From assembly GCF_006345805.1 (NCBI RefSeq), contig NC_042997.1:79422001-79486000 (forward strand): 64,000 nucleotides of DNA, read 5' to 3'. Shown in pieces: positions 14,451-27,296 of the stretch. Origin of the DNA: Octopus sinensis (Eukaryota). The translations under genes were made by a program, and so were the position numbers. How positions within the stretch are numbered: the stretch's first letter is position 1; each line of letters starts with the position of its first letter. Under the pieces are notes generated by a model, which saw only the letters and a list, made by a program, of their open reading frames with translations, did no database searches and had not been told where the DNA came from.

Positions 14451-15272
14451 TGTGTGTGTGTGTGTGTGTGTGTGTATTCATACATATATACATATGTATA
14501 TGTGTGTGTGTGGTGTGTGTGTGTACAATCGATCTCACATACTCAATGCAAGTGTACAGCTTGTTCGCCGGCAGGCTGCGATATGGCGCGGTGGGAATGG
14601 CTTCCTCAAAGCACAGGGTGTTAAAACACCTGAAAGTCATAGACAGGCCTGATAACACCCCGTATCACATTCAGAAGTCATGGACATCGATATTTCGCCA
14701 TTTTTGTGGTATGCTCCGACAATGCATACGCTTTTCTCATTGTAATCTTCCTCTTTATATATTTACCACATTCTCTCTCACTCTTTCTACATGTATGTGT
14801 GTGTGCATGTTGTGTGTGTGTGTGTGTCTGTGTGTGTGTGTCTGTGTGTGTGTGTGTGTGTGTGTGTCTGTGTGTGTGTGTGTATGCATGCGTGTAGGAA
14901 TTTCATTAGGGCGAAAGACCCTCACAAAGCATTAGCAGCAAGCTCAGGAAACACCCAAATAGAGAAGGAATAGTTGCACGATTTCAGAGACGGAATAGTT
15001 GCATCCGAGCATAGAATGCATTGATTAAATGATAAGTGCACAAGAGCCTCTGTCTCACGCACTAATGAAACGACAAACGATTTCAATTCAAGCGACCTCG
15101 ATTTCCTGTGAGTCTTAGTTTTGCTACGACCAACAACAAATTGCAAGGGCAAACATTTTCAGTTGCCGATCTACACTATGAAGAGTCCGGTTTCAATTAT
15201 GTTGGGGGCTCAAGAGCAGTAAGAAAAATCTTTACATCGTTGCACCAAAATTTCGATTCTCGGGACATTATA

Positions 15273-16098
15273 CGCGGTATGATCAATAAGTACTCGGACT
15301 GTTGCTATAGTAACGAAGCTAAAGCACGCAGAGTAAAGCTGCTTGGCACAGATTGGCCTAAAATTCTACTGTGTATGCACATTAAGTCTTAACATTCTAG
15401 CTCCTTTCCACTGTTTACAGTAGTGCTTAGAAGGAAGGTGTGTAGCGTGTGATAGTCGCATTGACCATGACAGAGAAAGTTGTGCAGAGAATCTGCATCA
15501 ACTATTGCAAAAACTTGGCGATACTGGCTCAGATGCCTTACAAAAAGTTTTCAAAAGGTTTTTGTCGTTCTCGACAAAATCAAGGAGATTTTGTGCAACT
15601 AAAACCCGAGTGTCCTTTTGGTCAGCTTAAAGCAGTTTTGGCACAGATTTGGCAGACATGCTTCTCATACCCAAACCTTCAGTGATAATGAACTGAATTG
15701 AACCGCAACTATTCCGCACATTCTATGATAACTTACGGATGGTGATTCGACGATTTTCCCTCACAGTTGCACTCACATCTGCGATGTTTTTCTCAGTTCT
15801 CCAGGTTGCAGGTCTCCCAGAACGTTCGTCAATATCAACATATTTTCGGCCATCTTGGAAATGTCTGAACCACTCGTACATTTGTGTGCGGCTCATACAC
15901 TGCTCTCTATACACTTTCTACAACTTTGCATAGGCCTCTGAGGAGATATCGCCATGACAACAGCGGAAGTGAGCTAGAACGTTAAAACTTAGTGCAGATG
16001 CACAGTAAAGTTCAAGGTCAATCACTAAGCAGCTTAACTGTGCGTGCTTTAACTTCATTACTATGGCAACAGTTCGGATGCTTATTGATCAGACCTCG
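15273..16098. mobile_element. Mariner foldback derivative made of two inverted 5' ends
   Basis: TA-flanked TIRs (CGCGGTATGATCAATAAG / CTTATTGATCAGACCTCG), ~150 bp inverted homology. Plus strand MTEKVVQRICINYC, minus strand HTH (MSRTQMYEWFRHFQDGR..ERSGRP) and AKSVPKLL. No DDD domain. Confidence 0.85.
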
Positions 16099-16252
16099 TA
16101 AATTGACCCAAATAATGCAGAAATCCGTCCTGACTAAGAGGCTTATTAGTCGGGGTAGACATGATCTGACGTGGAATAACAAAACTGAAATAAATATGAA
16201 AATTACTCAGCACCAGCGGTCTACTCTGCTCATATATATATATATATATAGC

Positions 16253-16859
16253 AATATTAAATCTCTGAGTGAGAAGTAAACAATAGCAGCACGGAATCAA
16301 GTAGATTTGCCAACTAAATGTGGCGGTCCCATAGAGGACAATGCTACTGTTGTTTTTAACCCCAGAAGGCTAGGGATGGGAACGATGATTTCCTTTCGTA
16401 AATACTAATCAGACACAGACAGTGTGTCGTTAGCCATCTGGAGGAGATGTCCTCCTGGGGCTAAAAACAACAGTAGCATCGTCCTCTATAGGACTGCCAC
16501 ATTTAATTGGCATATATACTTCACGATTCCGTGCTGCTACTGTTTACTTCTCACTCAAAGATTTAATATTTCTTGTTTCTCCTTTTTCGATATCAGCGAC
16601 AGTTTGTCACTGGAAAAAGCATATAGTATTTTGCGTTTGGAATGAGTTCTCATCGCTACTTGGTGATTATCACTCACTGATGATAGGTTACTATCCAGAA
16701 ATCACGTAAGGCTAGAGATAGGAACGAAGATTTCCCTTCGCAAATGCTAACCAGACACAGACAGTATGTCGATAGGAGATGATGTCCTCCTGGAGCTAAA
16801 ACAACACTAGCATCGTCCACTATGGGACCGCCACATTTAGTTGGCAAATTTACTTTACG

Positions 16860-16860
<1 letters not shown>
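16253..16860 (+). mobile_element. Short non-coding PLE-like element: inverted arm + two tandem 342-nt-period repeats with HHR
   Basis: IR 16253-16369/16451-16570, direct repeat starting 16367 and 16709, CTGATGA...GAAAT-cac-GTA at 16677-16708, flanked by (TA)n on both sides. Confidence 0.7.
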
Positions 16861-16923
<63 letters not shown>

Positions 16924-17082
16924 ATATATATAAAACATTATTGGTGAATTGAAGAAATGGAGCTGAACGCAGATTGAACAGAAATCGTTTACTGCTGTGA
17001 TTTTTGCTACTAAGGTATCGGTTAAACTTTTGATTAATCTACTACAAGATTATTCATCTTTCTATTTCACATAATATATAAT

Positions 17083-17131
<49 letters not shown>

Positions 17132-17225
17132 TGTATATATATATATGTAATATATATGTATATATATATGTATATATATATATGTATATATGTATATATA
17201 TATGTATATATGTATATATATATAT

Positions 17226-17264
<39 letters not shown>

Positions 17265-17266
<2 letters not shown>

Positions 17267-17322
17267 ACGGGAAGCTTTATGAAAATAGACAAAAGACGAA
17301 GGCAGGTGGAAAACAAACGAAC

Positions 17323-17330
<8 letters not shown>
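17265..17330 (-). mobile_element. Terminal fragment of HHR-bearing PLE-like family (same end as 32930-33090)
   Basis: AACGGGAAGCTTTATGAAAATA.ACAAAAGAC.AAGGCAGGTGGA shared with 32931-32975, embedded in (TA)n. Confidence 0.7.
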
Positions 17331-17368
<38 letters not shown>

Positions 17369-17395
17369 GTATATATATATATATGTATATATATG

Positions 17396-17454
<59 letters not shown>

Positions 17455-17503
17455 AATATATATATGTATAAAAATGTGTGTATATATATATGTATATATA
17501 TGT

Positions 17504-17535
<32 letters not shown>

Positions 17536-17589
17536 CGTACGCACTTCCACAATACATTCATACATGCACACACACGCTCATATAATTAT

Positions 17590-18490
17590 GCGCGCGTGCC
17601 GATGAAACACGCTTTGAGGAGATTAATTAAGAATATGTTTATTGGTGTTTTCGATATGGTGAGAAGCATTTGATGTTTGAGTGGTTTCTGATAATGAGTT
17701 CGGAATTTTGTTTTGCTCAAAAATGAAGGGTTTTTTATGGAGAGTTTGTTGTGGATTATTGAGATTGTCTGTTCAAATAATAAGGGACATAGTTTATTTC
17801 AATGGAGAGCACACTTTTTTAGATGTGTTTGTGTGCATATTTGTGAGTGGATGTCTTGTGGTCAAAACATATTTGTTATCTTGCGAAATGATACTTATTG
17901 TTTAATTTGTTTATGTGTGAAATCCAACATGGATCTATTCATGGACAACAGCTTAACCATCTTCCAAAGTATGGATGAACTTAGACCTGATAACTTCTGT
18001 AAAGATTTATTAAAGACTTATATTTCAACTAAATACTATTACAAAACAACCTATCCCTAATAAACTACTTTTCATAGCTTTAAACTTGAGCACTGGGAAT
18101 CGGTGCTATTATAGAAATCCAAGCAAGGGATTTATATATATAAGTATAAATTCAAACCACTCACCAGCTATAATAAGAAAAATCTAGTCTGCGACAAGCA
18201 CTGAGTCTCATCAATTTCCTTTAACAAATAAATATTTGACCAAGCAGTATCAATTTACAATAAATCCCTACCGGCAGATTCAAAGACAAACTGAAATATT
18301 TATCTACGATGACACAAACAATCAATAAACAAACAAAAAGAAACGTCATACGGTTTCAACTCATTCTTCAATCTAATCGAAGCAACACATGTAGTTCAAA
18401 CCTTCCAAGTACTCACAACAGAACATAAATATCACAAACAATTCAACAGAAAATCCACAAAAGTTAGTTACGGCTGAACAAAAGTATGAA
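17590..18490. mobile_element. Degraded Naiad-type PLE with internal inversion
   Basis: Plus 17920-18490: NMDLFMDNSL (YRDD region) to HKYHKQFNRKSTKVSYG. Minus from ~17900: IISQDNKYVL..CPL, the downstream linker/EN part. Confidence 0.55.
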
Positions 18491-18555
18491 ATTAAGTTGT
18501 ATCAGTACTCGATCACGGCGGCGTGAAACTCGAGTTACGAGAAAGGCATTCATCT

Positions 18556-18587
<32 letters not shown>

Positions 18588-18605
18588 TGTATGTATGTAT
18601 GTATG

Positions 18606-19035
18606 TCATTATTCAGTTAATTTCAAGATTTCTTGTTAATAGAGAAAGAACCGGTTTCTAACCTAGATCCAAGGTTCCTTCATTTGAATTAAAACCTCAC
18701 AAACAGGGTCTTTTTGTTTGTTTGTATGTATGTATGTATGTATGCATGTATGTATGTGTGTGTATGTATGTATGTGCAAATTTGTATGTTTTTATGTATG
18801 TATTCTCATGCATATTATTGCATATGTGGACATGCACATATATATTTAAATGAGAAACTTCTGGAAAGTTTTACAGATTTTTACAGTTCCAATGATGGAT
18901 TGGATCTGTAGTCTTCGAACTAGCTTGCTCCTTTCTGGTTTTGAAAAACTTAATTTCTTAAGGTTAGTATTTAGGTAGTGCGTTATATATCCCAGGGCCC
19001 CAATAATTACAGGTATAAACCTGAACTTGTAATTT
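18606..19035 (-). mobile_element. R4/Dong-like RLE LINE 3' end abutting (CATA)n
   Basis: YKFRFIPVIIGALGYITHYL..RRLQIQSIIGTVKICKTFQKF. 3' UTR similar to 50955-51035 and runs into (CATA)n. Confidence 0.8.
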
Positions 19036-19072
19036 ATAATATATAAGACAGGAGATGTGTATGTGTGTGTGT

Positions 19073-19148
<76 letters not shown>

Positions 19149-19149
19149 T

Positions 19150-21881
19150 ATGTGACCTGCCATTACTTGATCCTACGTAAAATCAATATTTTTCATCCGA
19201 TTTCGTTCACGTTTGGCAAATACATCACTTATGTTCCACAGATGGTTCTACACTATTTAGACTTTTCACTTATGGAGTAATATGGAGTAATAGCGCTTCT
19301 AGAGTCAGGTAACAGTCAGAAATTGACTGTCTCCCTTACACTCTAAATAACAGTCAGAAATTCATTGTCTCCTTTACACAGCAATCATCAAAAAAGGTCA
19401 TAACCAGGAAGTTTTGGTTGACAATCGGTGAGTCGTACCCCACATCAACGTAGAATTCAACGACGAAAAAAAGGTCGGCCTACGCAGTTGGATCCAGCCG
19501 TGTACAAAGGCGACACAATCGGACGCGTCTATACAGTTCACTCCTTTAACTTGCTTCCATCTGCAGTTCTTACTTCATGTCATTAAGAGACCAACCTCCT
19601 TCGACGACCTTCGCACAATGGATGGCCACTTATGCGGCATTTTCAAAGATGCCTACTCCAAACGGATGCAGATGATCAATATGACAATGCACTTGAAAAG
19701 GCAACTCTATGTCGTTCTCCGCACAAGCTCCAACACCTTTTCGCAATAATGCTGGTTTTCTGCAACCTAACAGACGCACATTCATTTTGGAATAAATACA
19801 AAGACTCAATGTGCCATGACATTTTGCTGCAGACACGCCAAATCACAGGTAGCGTTGACACTCCCACTACCCCTGCTGTTTACAACGGAGGGCTTCTTCT
19901 CTTGGAAGAGTTGGTTATAGCAATTGGAGGTCAACAATTGGATGCTTATTCTCTTCAGACAGAAATGAAGACGCCTGTCCCAATCACCTCATTCTCACAG
20001 AAACATCCACAAACTCAAACATTACATTACTGACAACGAGCCCCTTCTGAATTCCGATCAAGCTGATGTACACAATTTCGTCTTCGGAAACATCTACACA
20101 CACACTGGTGGAATCAGCTTCTTAGACGCCCCCTTTGGAACTGAGAAAACGTTCCTCCTGAATCATCTTCTTGCGAAGTTGTGACATAATGTTGACCTTA
20201 CTATTGCTGTTGCCTCCTCAGTAATAGCCTCGACTCTTCTCGACGGCGGATGAACACCACCCTCTACCTTCAAATTGCCTTTCAATGTAGCACATCAAGA
20301 AAATCCAACGAGCCACATATTGCATTCCTCGGACGAAGCGACATCTTTTAAATAGTGCAAACTCATTGTTTGGAATGAAGTAACAATGTCCCATAAATGT
20401 TCCCTACAAGCACTTGATACTACAACGAGAGACTTTAGATAAAACAACATCCTTGGAGGAGCGACACTACTTCTTGCAAGAGATGTTCGACAAACTCTGC
20501 CTATTATACCCAAAGGAACCTACACTAGTGAACTTAATACCTGCCTTAAAAAATCCCTCTTTTGGTTGCATGCCCAATCGAAACAACTCACCATCAACAT
20601 GAGATCACTCCTACGGACTGGTCAGCCTATTACCTAGTTTTCAGAAATGCTCCTTAAAATCGCCAATGGACAAATTACATCCGACGACAACGGATACATT
20701 GACACTACCACCATTGGCCACACTCTCCAGCCCTGATGACTTATGTTCTGCCGTTTACCCAAATTTTACACCGGAATAAATAAAACCAGAATGGCTTCGT
20801 GACAGGGCTGTTCTTGCACCTATAAAGTCTTAACTAAGACTTAGCTACCTTCTCAAGAACGTTGTTACAGGTCAGTTGATACCGTTACCGACCTCGATCA
20901 GGTTACACACTTTCCAACAAAATTTTTCGACTCCCAAGATTCTTCAGGACTCCCTCCCCATGTACTTCGCAATGGAACTCGCCTTGTGGTCAAACAAATG
21001 ATGGACCACATCATTGAAGCCCAAATTATCATGGGACACGGCAAAAACAATACCGTTTTCATTCCGAAAATTTCGCTAACCCCAACAGACAACCTCTCCT
21101 CTATACAGAGACTTCAGTTTCCTCTCAAACTCAGCTTCACCAAGGCAATTAACAAAGCACAAGGTCAGTCGCTGAAAGTTGTCAGACTGGACCTTCGAAC
21201 ATCGTGATTTTCACATGGACAGTTCTAAGGTGGTTGTTCCAGATTTGGCAAATTTATTCCTCTATGCTCCAGAATGAAAAAACAAAGAATGTCGTCTACA
21301 AAGCAGCCCCACAATAGTTATTCCTCTACTGCAATCTTCACACCTACACCAAACTGTAGCCGTTAGCAATCAGACTTCCTGCAAGCATTTCATTGATATT
21401 TTGCTTCATTTCCCTGATTGTTGTTAACAGTACATTACCTTCAACGCACGCTGTTCACTCATAAGCATACTCTGACATTTATTTTTGCACATGCCATTAT
21501 TCTATTTGTGTGTTTGCTATAAATGTTTGCTTTTCTTTATCATACATGACTTTCATTGAAAAAACAAAGCTTCAATGTGTCAGGTATTACGAGAAAAATA
21601 AGTACACGATACAAAACGTTTCAAGTAAGATATAGGATCCCTAATGTCTACTGCAATTGCGATCCCATTTCATGGACTTTCATTTATTACTAACGGCCAA
21701 ATTTGTGTTAAAACAAAAATTACTTATACCTTAGTTTCGTAATACCATATCATAAACTGCTAACGAAAATAGTAATTAAACATTTACGCTTATCAACTTG
21801 AAACGACTTCTAACTGCGGGCTAATTCAACTGAAACTGTCTACAGGAGTGCAACATTATAAAGGATGGGTGCATTTGCTAG
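19150..21881 (+). mobile_element. Helitron with disrupted Pif1-type helicase
   Basis: FLDAPFGTEKTFLLN (Walker A), IAVASSVIASTLLDGG, RQTLPIIPKG, NGTRLVVK, QFPLKLSFTKAINKAQGQSL, FSHGQF. Possible terminal CTAG at 21878-21881. Confidence 0.9.
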
Positions 21882-21948
21882 TGCACGTATACATGTATGT
21901 ATGTATGTATGCGCGTGTATGTATGTTCATATTTATATGTATACATAC

Positions 21949-22030
<82 letters not shown>

Positions 22031-22056
22031 CATATACACATACATACGCGCGCGCG

Positions 22057-22108
<52 letters not shown>

Positions 22109-22199
22109 CACACACACGATAGACTCTCCTATCGAAGACGACGTATGAACGTTCAGCTTTAGCCGAATGACCTACACAAATGATTTGTTTATAGTGATC

Positions 22200-22396
22200 A
22201 AGTGTTTGTGCCGCGCAGTGGCTCACTCTCTCCTTCAGATCGACGTTGTCTGATCAGGTGCACTGTGTGCCACGCATCAGGTGTCTAAGTGATCGCAGAG
22301 CAACGTGAGATAATGTGTTTTGCTCAACGCAGCACCCGGTCTAAGAACTGAAATCACGATCGCTATTCGTGAGAGCAATACCCTAACCACTAGGCT
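22200..22396 (-). mobile_element. tRNA-derived SINE family C, degraded
   Basis: Homologous to 33679-33983 (GTGTTTTGCTCAA..CCCGGTCT..CCCTAACCACTAGGC). Confidence 0.7.
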
Positions 22397-22875
22397 AGGC
22401 TTAGCTGTATGATATAGAAGCTTGCTCCTCAACCACATGATTCTCGGTTCAGACCCACTGCGTGGCACCATGAGTAAGTGTCTTCTACTATAGCTTCGGG
22501 CCAACCAAAGCCTCGTGAGTGGCCTTAGTAGGCGAAAGCTGAAAGAAGCCCGTCGTGTATATATATATATGTATGTGTATGTATGTATGTATGTATGTAT
22601 GTATGTATGTATGTATGTATGTATCCATATATGTATGTATGTATGTATGTATTTATATGTATATGTTTGTTTATCTGTGTTTGTCCGCCCACCGTCGCTT
22701 GACAACCGATATTGGTGTGTTTATGTCCCTGTAACTTAGCGGTTCAGCAAAAGAACCGCTAGAATAAGTACTAAGCTTACAATGAATAAGGCCTGGGATC
22801 GATTTGTTCAACTAAAGGCGGTACAAAAGCACGACCGAAGTCAAATAACTGAAATGAATAAAAGAATAAAAGAAT
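22397..22875 (+). mobile_element. tRNA-derived SINE family A
   Basis: Full-length alignment to 26335-26728 with internal (TATG)n. Confidence 0.9.
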
Positions 22876-22924
22876 ATATATATATGTATATTTATCAAAA
22901 GAAAAACAGGATGCAAAGGATTTA

Positions 22925-23011
22925 GCGGTACATATGTTTCTGGCTTTATTGGACAATTTATATCAATGCATAATTGATGTAACATGTATGTCAATAGCCT
23001 TCTTCAGCCGC
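22925..23011 (-). ncRNA. Type I hammerhead ribozyme (intact core) in PLE pLTR-like remnant 22885-23300
   Basis: Minus strand gcgg-CTGAAGA-aggctattg...caataaagcca-GAAAC-atat-GTA^ccgc. Perfect stem I, palindromic loop 3, long stem II. Confidence 0.85.
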
Positions 23012-23371
23012 GTACAATTACCACACCAAAGACATGTATTACATTATAGCAGGTTTGAGAAGAAGTTTGGGAAAAAGACGAGTTTCGTTGGGAATGCAAA
23101 TCCTCATAGTCCTATATGGCACAGCGAGACACCAAAACAAAACGTCCATACCGTTTTTTCACTCGGTAAAGAATGAGGAGGTTGGATGATGAGATAAAGA
23201 GGGAAGAAGTGGAAGGGGGTGAATCTTTAATGAAGTTGGGATCACAAAGAGGAAACAGTATATATGCAAAATGTAATAAAAGGGTAAAAATGTAATATAT
23301 TATATATATTATATATATTATATATAATATATATATATTATATATATATATAATATATATATTTTACATGT

Positions 23372-23406
<35 letters not shown>

Positions 23407-24439
23407 CAAATGTATATTTATATGCAAAGAGGGAGAGGGAGATAGGGACAGACAGAAAGAGCGGTGGAATAGATATCGTACAAAATCATCTAGGTGTGAG
23501 AATCGGTTGAATGTAGAACTTATCTTAAGTGGGTTTTTTCCCCATGTAGTGTATAGAGGATGATGATTAGAAAAAAATGTTATAGAAAGTGAAAAACTTT
23601 GAAGTGAAGGATGTTAGAAGGAAATGTGAATGAACACCGAAGAGAATGGGAGATAATTTTATCGAGCATACATTAGTATTTTAGAATACATATCGAGCAT
23701 ACATTAATATTTTAGAATTTAATTAAAATACATTGATGCTATATAGATCAATAGATATAATATTGAAGCAGGAGGTGAATGTAATATGTAAGCTTTTGTG
23801 CTTGTGTTCGTATTGTAGTTTTAAGCATATTTGACACAGAAAAAGCAGTAAACAAACCTATTTACAGACAGAGATACACGCGCGCGTACACGCATACATA
23901 AATTCATACATATATAAGTATGGCTAAGTGGTTAAAAGTACTCTTAGATTTCTTTTCAATGAAAGTTCACAAGAAGCTTAATTTAATGCTTAAATCAAAA
24001 GTTTGTCTCAATATCTCTAATTACAACTTGGGCAGCTGTTTTGAGTCATGTTGTGTTTCATTTGTGTTAGATATGTCTTCAAGAAAAAGAAATTCCACGC
24101 TAATGCGGATATTAAAAAGTTAATTTGTTATTCTTCGTGTTATTCACCGCAATATATTCTGAAATCCACAAGATGCTGATGAAGAAGCTCCATATTTCTT
24201 TGCACATCATACAAAGAAAAAATGTCAATAACAATATTTACATTACTTAGTGCTAAACATGTCTGATAGTTTGGCCCAAAAGACTGAGTAACAAAGAAAG
24301 TTAAGGGTGTGCTATTCCACATTTATACATTGACGTATTTCTGCAGGTCTTTATGTTTCATATACATTTTCAGTATATAATAATGGTTTCGAATTTTTAC
24401 ATATGGCCAGTAATTTTGTTAGAAGCAAGTATAACGATT

Positions 24440-24592
24440 ACATTGGTCTCAGTTCTTGATTGCTGTTATTTTATAGACTCCAAAAGGATAAAAAGCAAAG
24501 TCGATCTCTGCAGCGTTTGCGCTCAGAAAGTAAAGCCGGAAGAAATGCCATTAAACATTTTGCTGGACGTGCTAACGATTCTGCCAGCTCGC
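24440..24592 (-). mobile_element. tRNA-derived SINE family B (Nin/Deu-domain-like); other copies 10060-10125(-), 44812-44928(-), 47998-48100(+), 59410-59558(-)
   Basis: Head GAGCTGGCAGAATCGTTAGCACG and GACTTTGC(C)TTT.ATCC...ATAAAATAA Nin-like block. Confidence 0.75.
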
Positions 24593-24594
24593 AG

Positions 24595-25460
24595 AAGGTG
24601 GTTAATTGTTTGAGATTTTCCCTTTAGCTGATATTCCAGGTTCATTTTCCTAAGTACTAAGGTCAGAGAATTCATGCAGAGAACAAAAAGAAATGGAGAT
24701 AAGCTATTACCATGGAAAATCCCTCTTCTGAACCTCAGGGTACCCAAACTTTTTCCGTAGGATGTCAACTCAGTTTTCCACCGCAACATACTTCTTTTCA
24801 GAAAGCACGTTACATTCCTCGCAATTCCAAACAGATCTAAGAACTCGATAATCCATGAATGTGGAATCATGTTATAAGCTTTGCGATAGTCAATCCAGGC
24901 CATTTCCAAATTTGTTCTCCTTCGTTTACAATCTTGCATTACCATTTTGTCTATCAATAACTGGTCTTTTGTACCTCTGCATCTCCTCCTACAGCCTTTT
25001 TTTCCGTCGGTAATATATTGTTCTCATCAAGAAATTTGTACAGTTCTGCAATTTCTCCTGAAAGTAGCTTCTACCTTAATGGGAGGCAAGAAATTGGCCT
25101 GCAGTTGTCAACAGCATTTCCTTTTGCTGCATCCTTTAGACACAACGCTGCTCGTCCTTTTGTCAACCAGCCTGGGATTTCTTCTCCATCGATCAATGCA
25201 GTAAAATGCTCTGCAATAAATTTATGGCACTTACTGAACTTTTTTTTATTTAAAATCCTTGAGCACTATTAGGTCCTGTTGCTTACCTTTTTAATCATAT
25301 GTCTGATAGTGTCTTCTGTGAAGTGAATAGCCTCTTGCTGGGGATAAGAAGCTGTTTCCTTCAGGCTACAGAACCATTTAGCTACAGTATTATGTTGTTC
25401 TTGCTTACTCCATATCTTACCCCAGAAATACGCTTCCTTGAAATAAAGGTGTATATCCAA
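24595..25460 (-). mobile_element. R4/Dong-like LINE reverse transcriptase fragment
   Basis: [54 protein letters not shown]. Confidence 0.9.
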
Positions 25461-25589
25461 GACAGAATTACGTAAAACAGGTGTCTTCTACTTTAGCCTC
25501 GGGCCAACCAAAGCCTTGTGAGTGGATTTGGTAGATGGAAACTGAAAAACGCTCGTCGTACATATGTATATATATATGTATATATAAGA

Positions 25590-25665
<76 letters not shown>

Positions 25666-25734
25666 TATATTATATATATTATATATATATATATATATAT
25701 GTGTGTGTATATACACATATATATATATACATAC

Positions 25735-25912
<178 letters not shown>

Positions 25913-25989
25913 CATACATATATAAAATGACAAAATGAGATGAAAAATCCGAGGCTGTAAATAGTTTTCAGAACATTTATAAAGAAAAG

Positions 25990-26037
25990 GCCCAACAGCT
26001 GTTTCCGGGATATTTTATATATCCCTTAATCAGAGAC
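25990..26037 (-). ncRNA. Hammerhead motif (G8U) in PLE remnant 25925-26330
   Basis: gtct-CTGATTA-a-gggatat ataaa atatccc-g-GAAAC-agct-GTT^gggc. Confidence 0.65.
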
Positions 26038-26334
26038 GGTGCGAGAAAATATTTGAGTATTAATTATTGTAGAGAAGATATCAGAATGAAGACAGAAGTG
26101 AGATGCATAAGGATATTGTATTTGCAGTTCCATTATATAAGTAGAATGGTGTATATAAGCCGTAAAGAAGTGTTTGTGTGTGAGTTCCAATGGCAGTTAT
26201 ATTTGTCATTCCATGCATAGGGCCTTGTGAACGGTGTTGTTCGATCGAGGGGGTTTGTAGAAGATATGATGTTGCTTATAAATGCACTGTCCTTAACACA
26301 GTATACAATTCTACACCCATATATATATATATAT

Positions 26335-26728
26335 AGGCGCAGGAGTGGCTGTGTGGTAAGTAGCTTTCTAACCAACCACATGGTTCCGGGTTCAGTCCCA
26401 CTGCGTGGCATCTTGGGCAAGTGTCTTCTGCTATAGCCCCGGGCCGACCAATGCCTTGTGAGTGGATTTGGTAGACGGAAACTGAAAGAAGCCTGTCGTA
26501 TATATGTATATGTGTATATATGTATATATATATATATGTGTGTTTGTCCCCCTAGCATTGATTGACAACCGATGCTGGTGCGTTTACGTCCCCGTCACTT
26601 AGCGGTTCGGCAAAAGAGACCGATAGAATAAGTACTGGGCTTACAAAGAATAAGTCCCGGGATCGATTTGCTCGACTAAAGGCGGAGCTCCAGCATGGCC
26701 GCAGTCAAATGACTGAAACAAGTAAAAG
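26335..26728 (+). mobile_element. tRNA-derived SINE family A, full length
   Basis: A box TGGCTGTGTGG, B box GGTTCAGTCCC, CORE-like CTTGGGCAAGT, internal TA/TG tract, 3' tail GGCGG.GCTCCAGCATGGCCGCAGTCAAATGACTGAAAC. Confidence 0.95.
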
Positions 26729-27002
26729 ATATATTAAATTATATTAGAGATAAAACCACTATTAGGCAAATCAAACAGTGAAAAACACAAACCAAAACAT
26801 AGAAATAAAATTTATTAATATAATATACAAAATATATAAAATATAAAATTCAAAATTTAAATTATTTAAATTTAAAGTTAAAAATTTTAAATTATTAATT
26901 TATATTTATAGTTTTTTTACATATATATATATATATATTTTTTATTAAATATATATAACTATCAAAAAGTATTAAAAAGTTTAATATAAGAAAAAAAATA
27001 AA

Positions 27003-27100
27003 ACCACTACGATCGTTTCATACCCACAACCTAATTCGAATAAACATAATTTATATTCAATTAATAATTCGAATTATGGTTATAATCAATCTTCAGGTTA
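27003..27100 (-). ncRNA. Type I hammerhead ribozyme of the Naiad 3' pLTR
   Basis: aac-CTGAAGA-(long AT-rich stem II with aattcgaat repeats)-GAAAC-gatc-GTA^gtggtt. Confidence 0.75.
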
Positions 27101-27296
27101 ATGATAATAGTTAAATAAATAATCAAATATATTTAAACAATATTTTTTTAAGAAATAAATAAAATAATAATTTTTCTTATAAAAAACTCTATTATCAAAC
27201 TAGAAACTTTAACGATTATGATTATGTCATACAATTGATTATAATGGTAAATATTAATTTTTAAGGTAAGAATAGATAGAAAATGTATTTATCTAT

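Noticed and set aside
14610-14665. GGGTGTTA/TAACACCC hairpin resembling a HERO 3' UTR
   Set aside because: No adjacent recognisable coding remnant; too weak to assign.
23070-23115. Second HHR-like motif (CTATGA..GAAACtcGTC) on minus strand
   Set aside because: Core deletion and poor stems.
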